The translations under genes and the position numbers were made by a program. Of a stretch of DNA of 30,967 nucleotides, positions 1 to 9,244 are shown piece by piece. The notes under the pieces were generated by a model. That model was not told where the DNA came from. It ran no database searches and was given only the letters and a program-made list of their open reading frames with translations. The stretch is from Yuukianura sp. NJ FZ-2021 (Eukaryota): assembly GCA_046563655.1 (NCBI GenBank), contig CM102285.1, positions 15,314,001-15,344,967 on the forward strand, written 5' to 3'. Numbering within the stretch: position 1 is the first letter of the stretch; the number at the start of each line of letters is the position of its first letter.

Positions 1-1628
1 AGCCATCGCCCTCTCACACTGGAGATCCAAAGCCATCTCTACTCTTGGTCACCACATTCAGCTCAGGAATAACTCTGTCCTCAGCCAAGACTCATCTCTC
101 TTCGGCATCTTTGCAGTCATCGTGGCTGTTATGGCCATTGCTTTCTTCTACTTTGCCACTAAAGCATTCCTCAAACTCAGAACACTCACAATCCAAGTCA
201 ACTCGGGCAAAGCACAATTCATAGACTACAGGCAAGCAACTAATTCCTACTTTTAAAAACCATCTTTCTAATGTGCTGATGAATCTAAATTCAGAATCTA
301 ATCTAAAACGAATCTAAATCACAGGATGCAAATCCTCACTCGTTCCGTCATTGTTACCATCGCCACTTTGCTCACAGTGGTCACTGGCATTCTGCACATC
401 AACATGGAATCTCACTTGTACCACCATCTATTTGGACTCTTGGCACTTGTCACCGTGAGACCATCACATTTTCACTCTTTTTCTTAAAATAACTTAAGAT
501 TTGTATTAAAATATTATTATATTTATATTCTTAAATTATAAATATTTTTTTAATATTTAGGGACTGATTGTCTTTCTCTGCTACACCGTCAAAAGCGAGT
601 ATCCAATTCCACATCGTCTCCTCCACTACTTCTCGCAAGATCCATACTCTGACATGAGTGACCCCGACAAGTTGTTGACCATCAGAAGCGTGGACAGGGA
701 AAGACGAAGCCAGAGCAGAACTCCACAAAAAACACTGGAAAATGGACAAGTAGCCTCAATTCTTCTCCCACAAAATCAGTACATGACGGAGTCTCACCGC
801 GAGAGAACAACCACATTTGATTCCATCAACTCTGGACTGCTGAGTGAGGCTGAAACAACTATAGAAACCATCGGAGGCAGCTCCATCCTCTCCACATCCT
901 CCGGACGAAGGGATTCTTTGGCCATGCGCAGTTGTTCCGTCTCTGACAAACGACCATCAGTAGTTTCAAACGGAGTGTGCAGATCTCTCACGAATCCATC
1001 CAACATTACTTCTTCTACTCGTCCACTCCTCCATCAGACTCATGTTTGTTCCGGAGTTTGTCGGAGAGCTAGAAAGGAAAGATCTTTCTCTTGCGGAGGC
1101 GGAAGTTGTGGCCAAATCAAACCAGACAGAGGGCGTTGCCTCATTCGGGAAATCGAGGCGGCTGACTATGTGCTTCCTTCCAAGGGCCCCTCGGACACTT
1201 TACCACTGCAGACGCGCAAGGGCCCTCCTCTGCCCACTGATCTCTGTCCCACTGGCTACATGGATGTCGTCAACTCCAGACCTTCGACGGATCTAAGCAC
1301 CTTTGACCCCCAGTTCCTCAAGGGGTCTCCACTCAGACATGAAGCTCTCTACGAAAGTATCAAATATGAAAGTGTCAAGGGGTCCCTGCAATGCCCAACG
1401 AATGACCAAGTTCCGACTGTGAGGACTCCGTTTGTGACGAACGGAGTGCGAGGGGGCAAGAAGGACCCTTTGCCCCCCACTCCAGCCGAACTAAGTACCC
1501 TGACCAACCACTTTGTGACGAAGTCTGACCCGAATGTCAAAGCGACGCTCAGGAGACTTGACCTGCTGGAGAAGGAAGGGATGGGTGGATTCCGATCCAT
1601 TCCGTTTGGAGCCCAGAGCTTGCACTGA
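1..1628 (+). CDS. Adhesion GPCR, 3' part of left-arm copy (TM4 end to TM7 plus long cytoplasmic tail); exons <1-231, 325-454, 561-1628
   Basis: Spliced frame is continuous (...IDYR|MQILTRSVIVTIATLLTVVTGILHINMESHLYHHLFGLLALVT|GLIVFLCYTVKSEYP...GAQSLH*). It mirrors 9245-10866. The ORF-track start at 654 is internal. AATAAA lies at 1861-1866. Confidence 0.88.
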
Positions 1629-2189
1629 TCAGGGTCAAACAAACAGCCAAACTACTCCGAGCCAATGACGAATTATTTTGAGAAGCGATGCATAGTCTTA
1701 TGCATGGACAGTTACCTTATTCATATTTTCCTATTTAGTAAATTAAGTTAAAATGTTAAAATCCACAACTAGTCATTTGTACATTTGCTACAAGTTGCTC
1801 TATTTCTAAGTAGACGACGTTAGAAAGCCCTTGTTCCAATTGTGTCTGTGTCATGTTACCAATAAACTTAAATTCATGTCACTGCAAATCATTTCAACCA
1901 CTTCAATTCATATGCCTCAACAATAGTTTTGTCACTTTCAAAATGTATGTAAGGAAGTTTGGAATGAGAATCAAAGCTAAACTCCCAAGGTTTGCAGAGG
2001 GAGATACAAAAAATGTTTAGAAAGACGGAGACGAAGGGACTCAAAACAAACCAGACAACCTTGGGAGCAGCAGCTGATTAGTCTACTGCTTAACTTAATC
2101 AAAAATCATTAAAGTTCCTTACTTAAGAACTAATTAGTTTAGAAGTTGAAGTTTGTACTGACCTTTGACCTTGAGTGGAAGTAGGTGTG

Positions 2190-3135
2190 ATGTCTCGATC
2201 CAACAGTCCAGCTGAGAAGCGTTTGCAGAAGGAACTGATGCTCATGATCAATGAACCCCCTCAAGGGGTCACGATCGACACACAAGCGATGTCCAGCAAC
2301 ATCAGTCTGTAAGTCACTAGCTAGATTGTTGTAGATTGTGGAGGTCAGTAATTGATTTGTTGAATTTTAGATGGACTGTGCGGATGGTGGGTTCTGAAGA
2401 CACTTTGTACGCTGGAGAGTCACTTACACTTCAATTCAAGTTCTCAACCAACTACCCCTTTGACTCTCCAGAGGTAAGGGTCAAGAGTTCCAGTACCAGA
2501 TTCCAGAGGAATAAACTATTCAGTTGATCCACTGACCAAGTAATTGACGTTGTTTGTTGAAGGTGACTTTCGTGGGAGAGAACATTCCAGTGCATCCGCA
2601 TGTGTACAGCAATGGCCACATCTGTCTCTCCATCCTCACGGATGACTGGAGTAACTAAATCACAATCACAATTACAAATGGACTCCCTCTAACTTGTGAC
2701 TGTTTAGGTCCTGCGCTGTCTGTCCAAGCGGTCTGTCTCTCCATCGTCTCCATGCTCAGCAGCTGCAAGGAAAAGGTTAACAACTCAATTAAAAACCACA
2801 ACTTATTATTAGGCACTTCAGTTAAAAAGTTACACTTTTACAGAAGAGACCTCCCGACGACATGTTCTACGTGAGAACATGCAGCAAAAGCCCCAAGAAA
2901 ACCAAATGGTGGTATCATGGTAAGCACTCGACCATTTACTTCAAAAATTAAATTGAGTAAATTCAGTAATATGATTAAATATGATTAAGTCATAATATTA
3001 CCTACAATATGTACAACTAAATAATATCATAAAGTTATAATATTATTTAAAATGTTTGTAACTAAATAATATTACTGTTTCATAAAATTATTTCATCATA
3101 ATCCTATTATCTCTTTTCTAGATGATTCTGTCTGA
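2190..3135 (+). CDS. UBE2W: Ubiquitin-conjugating enzyme E2 W (left copy); exons 2190-2308, 2371-2473, 2563-2650, 2708-2775, 2844-2919, 3122-3135
   Basis: Spliced translation MSRSNSPAEKRLQKELMLMINEPPQG...FKFSTNYPFDSPEVTFVGENIPVHPHVYSNGHICLSILTDDWSPALSVQAVCLSIVSMLSSCKEKKRPPDDMFYVRTCSKSPKKTKWWYHDDSV*. HPHVYSNGHICLSIL and the WWYHDD end are UBE2W hallmarks. All introns are GT-AG with matching phases. Confidence 0.96.
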
Positions 3136-3544
3136 GCGGAACTACTGTGTGCCCTTATGTATTTTAAAAGAAGTTCACCTCGCAGCAGGATCACCTGCTT
3201 ACTAAGCATTCTAGATTCTCAGATTCGCACTTGGACATTCTTAGTTTTACGCCTAATTACAATAGTTTTAACGTAGATAGTTTTAGTTGACTCACTAAAC
3301 AAGACAAGTCAAACTTATCAATCAACTAAAAGCACTAAAGTGCTTGTTAAACGTTTTAAGCCACGCACCTCTTCTAGTTTTACGCTCCACGATCTCTCAC
3401 TTCCCTTCCACTCACTTTGAGTTTTAGACTAATTGGACTTGTGTAAATTAGACAAATTACTATCATTACTCTAAAGAAATGGTCAGGATTTGTGGACAAA
3501 TCTACACATTTAGTGTAATGAACTTAAATAAATCAACACTAACC

Positions 3545-4919
3545 TCACTTTTTCCATGCATTTCTCTTCCCTTTGAGACCACCAGTCGGTCTCCGCAGTT
3601 TCCTCCGTTCTTCGTGGTGCTTCCGGGCTGCAAGTCCATCTTTCTCTTTCAGCTACAAATCAAACAATTAAGTTAACACATAGTTAGTCATACTTCAACG
3701 GAATCAAGGCAATTCAAAGTTAAAAAATTCAAAGTTACCGATTTGAGTTTGAATGACATTTCACGGCTTCCGAGGGGTCCCTTCCACTTGACTCCCAATC
3801 CATCGCTTCCCTCTTTTGCAACGCGCTCTCCCAGTGACCTCTTGGACACTTTCGTCTTCTGACCGGAGAGGTCAGAGTGCTTGAACTCTTCTCCAGTCTT
3901 GATTTCGTAGAATTTGGGCTTGATTTCTGCCTGCGAATCTCGCTCCTTCTTCTTCAAAAGCTTCTGCTTCCGAGCATCCATCAATTCTCTCCTGTCATCA
4001 TCCGAAGAACTTTCCTCTTCAGAACTCGGAGCCCCCTCTGCCTCTTCATCCTTCAAAAAATCACAAGGATTCACAATTTTTAAGTCAACTCAAATTACTA
4101 CTTTGTGTCACATTTACCTCGACTGGGGCAAACATGGCTTCCAGTTTCTGTGACTTTTTCTTTTCCAGTTTGGACACAACAGGGTTGAGCAGTCGATATT
4201 CAGCAGCACTCTTGTCAACTTCAAAGTCCGGATTCGCAAACATGGCCTTGAATCGGTCGTCCTCCAGCAGATTTCCGCCTTTCTTTGTCTTCTCAGGCAG
4301 ACTGATCAACTTCATCGCCAACTCTCGGTTGACCTTTGGCAAAGTCTGCAACAGAAGCAGACATGGAATTAACTGACTTTTGACAATAATTACCACAGTT
4401 GTTTCCTTACGTTTAGTTTGACTCGGTTGGCTCTCTCCTCTTCCAGTTTTTCTCGAATCTTCCTCTTTTTGAAATCGTCAAATTGGAATGGCTGGGCTGC
4501 TGACTTGGCCTTCCTGTAGAGTCGCATGTCCAAGAAGTAGCCATGCATGTGAGCTCGCAGAAGGGAAGTTCCGATGAGATGACCAAGTCCAATCTCCTCC
4601 AGTTCTTTCTCAGTTACAAACTTGTAGTCGTCGTACAGAGTCTCCACATTTGTCTCTTCCAGCTCCTCTGTCAAGTTATCCAGGAAGGAACACCACCGAG
4701 GGGCAGGACCAAGACTCTAAACACAAACAAATAAACAAACTAATAATAAAAAATATAAAAAATAATAAATAAAAGATAAGTAAGAGTTTTGTTTGTTACT
4801 GGAATGTAGTAGGTCAAGATCTTCTTTTCCTCGTTGGCTACAAAGAACATTCCCGTGTTGGGAATTAAGCAAAGGTCGTTGAAGTCCGGTTCAGCCTCCA
4901 CCGCAGTAAATGGAGCACC
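3545..4919 (-). CDS. NOL10: Nucleolar protein 10, 3' half only (left copy, 5'-truncated at the palindrome apex; possible pseudogene)
   Basis: Five in-phase exons mirror the right copy, with [49 protein letters not shown] and NUC153-type LLEDDRFKAMFANPDFEVD. It begins at a splice acceptor (TTTTTGCAG) with no upstream exon. Confidence 0.9.
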
Positions 4920-4983
4920 CTGCAAAAACAAAGAAACACCTAATTAGTTTTTAATTTAATTAGGTGTTTCTTTGTTTTTGCAG

Positions 4984-6359
4984 GGTGCTCCATTTACTGC
5001 GGTGGAGGCTGAACCGGACTTCAACGACCTTTGCTTAATTCCCAACACGGGAATGTTCTTTGTAGCCAACGAGGAAAAGAAGATCTTGACCTACTACATT
5101 CCAGTAACAAGCAAAATTCTTACTTATCTTTTATTTATTATTTTTTTTTTTTTATTATTAGTTTGTTTATTTGGTTGTGTTTAGAGTCTGGGTCCCGCCC
5201 CTCGATGGTGTTCCTTCCTGGATAATTTGACAGAGGAGCTGGAAGAGACCAATGTGGAAACTCTGTACGACGACTACAAGTTTGTAACTGAGAAAGAACT
5301 GGAGGAGATTGGACTTGGACATCTCATCGGAACTTCCCTTCTGCGAGCTCACATGCATGGCTACTTCTTGGACATGCGACTCTACAGGAAGGCCAAGTCA
5401 GCAGCTCAGCCATTCCAATTTGACGATTTCAAAAAGAGGAAGATTCGAGAAAAACTGCAAGAGGAGAGAGCCAACCGAGTCAAACTAAACGTAAGGAAAC
5501 AACTGTGGTAATTATTGTCAAAAGTCAGTTAATTCCATGTCTGCTTCTGTTGCAGACTTTGCCAAAGGTCAACCGAGAGTTGGCGATGAAGTTGATCAGT
5601 CTGCCTGAGAAGACAAAGAAAGGCGGAAATCTGCTGGAGGACGACCGATTCAAGGCCATGTTTGCGAATCCGGACTTTGAAGTTGACAAGAGTGCTGCTG
5701 AATATCGACTGCTCAACCCTGTTGTGTCCAAACTGGAAAAGAAAAAGTCACAGAAACTGGAAGCCATGTTTGCCCCAGTCGAGGTAAATGTGACACAAAG
5801 TAGTAATTTGAGTTGACTTAAAAATTGTGAATCCTTGTGATTTTTTGAAGGATGAAGAGGCAGAGGCAGGGGCTCCGAGTTCTGAAGAGGAAAGTTCTTC
5901 GGATGATGACAGGAGAGAATTGATGGATGCTCGGAAGCAGAAGGTTTTGAAGAAGAAGGAGCGAGATTCGCAGGCAGAAATCAAGCCCAAATTCTACGAA
6001 ATCAAGACTGGAGAAGAGTTCAAGCACTCTGACCTCTCCGGTCAGAAGACGAAAGTGTCCAAGAGGTCACTGGGAGAGCGCGTTGCAAAAGAGGGAAGCG
6101 ATGGATTGGGAGTCAAGTGGAAGGGACCCCTCGGAAGCCGTGAAATGTCATTCAAACTCAAATCGGTAACTTTGAATTTTGTAACTTTGAATTCCCTTGA
6201 TTCCGTTGAAGTATGATTAACTATGTGTTAACTTAATTGTTTGATTTGTAGCGGAAAGAGAAAGATGGACTTGCAGCCCGGAAGCACCATGAAGAACGGA
6301 GGAAACTGCGGAGACCGACTGGTGGTCTCAAAGGGAAGAGAAATGCATGGAAAAAGTGA
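4984..6359 (+). CDS. NOL10: Nucleolar protein 10, 3' half only (right copy); exons 4984-5103, 5185-5490, 5556-5783, 5851-6165, 6252-6359 (~358 aa)
   Basis: All introns are phase 0 and GT-AG. NOL10/Enp2 motifs as above, then an acidic tract and a basic C-terminus (...HHEERRKLRRPTGGLKGKRNAWKK*). The N-terminal WD40 region is absent. AATAAA lies at 6393-6398. Confidence 0.9.
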
Positions 6360-6770
6360 GGTTAGTGTTAATTTATTTAAGTTCATTACACTAATAAATG
6401 TGTAGATTTGTCCACAAATCCTTCCCATTTCTTTACAGAGTAATGATAGTAATTTGCCTAATTTACACAAGTCCAATTAGTCTAAAACTCAAAGTGAGTG
6501 GAAGGGAAGTGAGAGATCGTGGAGCGTAAAACTAGAAGAGGTGCGTGGCTTAAAACGTTTACAAGCACTTTAGTGCTTAGTTGATTGATAAGTTTGACTT
6601 GTCTTGTTTAGTGAGTCAACCTAAACTATCTACGTTAAAACTATTGTAATTAGGCGTAAAACTAAGAATGTCCAAGTGCGAATCTGAGAATCTAGAATGC
6701 TTAGTAAGCAGTTGATCCTGCTGCGAGGTGAACTTCTTTTAAAATACATAAGGGCACACAGTAGTTCCGC

Positions 6771-7715
6771 TCAGACAGAGTCATCTAGAAAAGAGATAAT
6801 AGGATTATGATGAAATAATTTTATGAAACAGTAATATTATTTAGTTACAAACATTTTAAATAATATTATAACTTTATGATATTATTTAGTTGTACATATT
6901 GTAGGTAATATTATGACTTGATCATATTATTCGTTTTACTGAATTTACTCAATTTAATTTTTGAAGTAAATGGTGAAGTGCTTACCATGATACCACCATT
7001 TGGTTTTCTTGGGGCTTTTGCTGCATGTTCTCACGTAGAACATGTCGTCCGGAGGTCTCTTCTGTAAAAGTGTAACTTTTTAACTGAAGTGCCTAATAAT
7101 AAGTTCTACTTTTTGATTGAGTTGTTTACCTTTTCCTTGCAGCTGCTGAGCATGGAGACGATGGAGAGACAGACCGCTTGGACAGACAGCGCAGGACCTA
7201 AACAGTCACAAGTTAAAAGAAGTCAACATTTGTGATTGTGATTTAGTTACTCCAGTCATCCGTGAGGATGGAGAGACAGATGTGGCCATTGCTGTACACA
7301 TGCGGATGCACTGGAATGTTCTCTCCCACGAAAGTCACCTTCAACAAACAACGTCAATTAGTTGGTCAGTGGATCAAGTGAATCGTTTATTCCTCTGGAA
7401 TCTAGTACTGGAACTCTTGACCCTTACCTCTGGAGAGTCGAAGGGGTAGTTGGTTGAGAACTTGAATTGAAGTGTAAGTGACTCTCCAGCGTACAAAGTG
7501 TCTTCAGAACCCACCATCCTCACAGTCCATCTAAAATTAATAATCAAGTGTTACTTCGTCCAAAATCATTCTACAAGGAGCCAATTTGTGACTTACAGAC
7601 TGATGTTGCTGGACATGGCTTGTGTGTCGATCGTCACCCCCTGAGGGGGTTCATTGATCATGAGCATCAGCTCCTTCTGCAACCTCTTCTCAGCTGGACT
7701 GTTGGATCGAGACAT
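6771..7715 (-). CDS. UBE2W: Ubiquitin-conjugating enzyme E2 W (right copy)
   Basis: Mirror of 2190-3135, with ATG at 7715-7713 and TGA at 6773-6771. Splice sites are intact, and every coding difference I found is synonymous. Confidence 0.96.
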
Positions 7716-7993
7716 CACACCTACTTCCCACCAAGGTCAAAGGCCAGTAAACTTCAACTTCTAATTAGTTCTTAACTAAGGAACTTCAATTGATTATTGA
7801 TCAAGTTGAGCAGTTGACTAATCAGCTGCTGCTCCCAACCAAGGTTCTCTGTTTTGTTTTGAGTGTTGAGTCTCTCATCTCTCTGCGTCTTTTGTCTTTG
7901 GTTTCTCTTCCGTCTTTATACACTTTTTGTATCTCCCTCTGCAAACCTTGGGAGTTTAGCTTTGATTCTCATTCCAAACTTCCTTAATCCTTA

Positions 7994-8874
7994 AGGGCCG
8001 TTTATACCGGAGCTCTGGATGGATTTTCCTTCCACTGGACGTCCAGTCCAGTGGAAAAAATTTGTCTCGTTCATACCAGATTTTGGGGAAAGTGAGGGGT
8101 GGATTTTTTTTCCATGGATGGATTTTCCTTCCAGTGGAAAAAAAATCCAGGGACGCGGCTATGAACGCTGTTTTTCCACCCTGGATTTCAGAAAGGCGCC
8201 TGCCTTTCCATTCAAAGTTGAAATGTGTCAACAAAGAGTTAATTGCTGTTTTCAACAGCTGACAACATCAAAATAACTAATAGTTAACAATGGAAGACTC
8301 AGGAGATATCGAAGATTCAGAGAGCGTACGAATTATACCAGAACATTTTTTTCAGTATACATACAAGGACTAGCAATACTTGCACATGACAGATTAATTG
8401 TTACTCTCAGGTTAGCGCTAACCTCGTATTAGTAGGTTGAATTAAATGTTGATAAGTTGTTAGGCGTAATTCAATCTATTTACTTTGATTAATTATTTGA
8501 AATAGTAATTAACATTCCAAAAACTGTACTTTTGAGATTAGTTTCGTCATTCGAGCTTATTGTCTCAAAAGTTCCCATGTGTGATTGGGGCACACTGCAA
8601 ATTTGATGATCAATCCAGACCAAAAGTTGAACTGAGTCAACTTTTGGTCTGGATCGTTTCTCCCATCTCTCAACATTACAAGAAAATCCAGTGGAAAAAA
8701 ATTTCCATGGACGGATTTTTTCGGTGTGAACGATGGAAATCCAGTCCAGTGGAAAAAAAATCCACCCCAACTTTCTCTGGATGATCCATCCAGACGGATT
8801 AAATCTGGTATGAACGACTGGATTGCAGTCCAGTGGAAGGAAAATCCATCCAGTGGTCCGGTATAAACAGGCCT
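7994..8874. mobile_element. Non-autonomous DNA transposon (MITE), PIF/Harbinger-like, 881 bp
   Basis: TIRs of ~47 bp: AGGGCCGTTTATACCGGAGCTCTGGATGGATTTTCCTTCCACTGGAC versus the reverse complement of the right end, AGGCCTGTTTATACCGGACCACTGGATGGATTTTCCTTCCACTGGAC. TTA flanks both sides (7991-7993, 8875-8877). The empty site is in the left arm (TAA at 1950-1952). Subterminal TCCAGTGGAAAAAA repeats are present and there is no transposase ORF. Confidence 0.9.
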
Positions 8875-9244
8875 TTATACATACATTTTTTTTTGTACAT
8901 AACATTTGTACATACATTTTTGGAAGTTGCCCAAACTATCTACTGTTGAGGTATAGGAATGAATGTAAGTGGCTGAAATGCTTTCCAGTGACATGAGTTT
9001 AAGTTTATTGGTAACATGACACAGACACAATTGGAACAAGGGCTTTCTAACGTCGTGTCTACTTTAGAAATGGAGCAACTGTTGTAGCAAATGTACAAAT
9101 GACTAGTTGTGGATTTAACACTTAATTTAGTAAATAGGAAAATATGAATAAGGTAACTGTCCATGCATAAAACTATGCACCAATTCCAAAATAAAGTCAT
9201 TGGCTCGGAGTAGTTTGGCATTTGGCTGTTTGTGTAGACCCTGG

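Larger units (their letters stand above)
1..4946. repeat. Left arm of giant inverted duplication (runs off the window start)
   Basis: Reverse complement of 4957-10866. Position 1 (AGCCATCGCCCTCTCACACTGGAG) pairs with 10843-10866. Mirror-image ORF pairs include 654..1628+/9245..10219- and 4085..4396-/5505..5816+. Confidence 0.98.

Noticed and set aside
272..324. TGATGA in an aGPCR intron as a C/D snoRNA
   Set aside because: Not preserved in the mirror copy, no convincing D box or terminal stem, and the region is an AATCTA microsatellite.
654..1628. Stand-alone 324-aa gene (and mirror 9245..10219)
   Set aside because: The frame extends upstream to the acceptor at 561 and splices to TM exons, so it is the aGPCR cytoplasmic tail.
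4972..5184. ORF-track 'MFLQGAPF...' (and mirror 4740..4931) as a new start for truncated NOL10
   Set aside because: The start is a TTG inside the polypyrimidine tract of the acceptor, and the ORF runs into the next intron. There is no evidence of real initiation.
8290..8373. Short ORF MEDSGDIEDSESVRIIPEHFFQYTYKD inside the MITE as a relic of a Harbinger gene
   Set aside because: Only 27 codons with no recognisable motif.
8017..8850. Repeated TCCAGTGGAAAA/GGATTTT motifs as a CRISPR-like array, or ORFs 7956-8917 as a transposase
   Set aside because: Spacing is irregular, both orientations occur and the context is eukaryotic. These are MITE subterminal repeats, and the ORFs are short with no DDE motifs.
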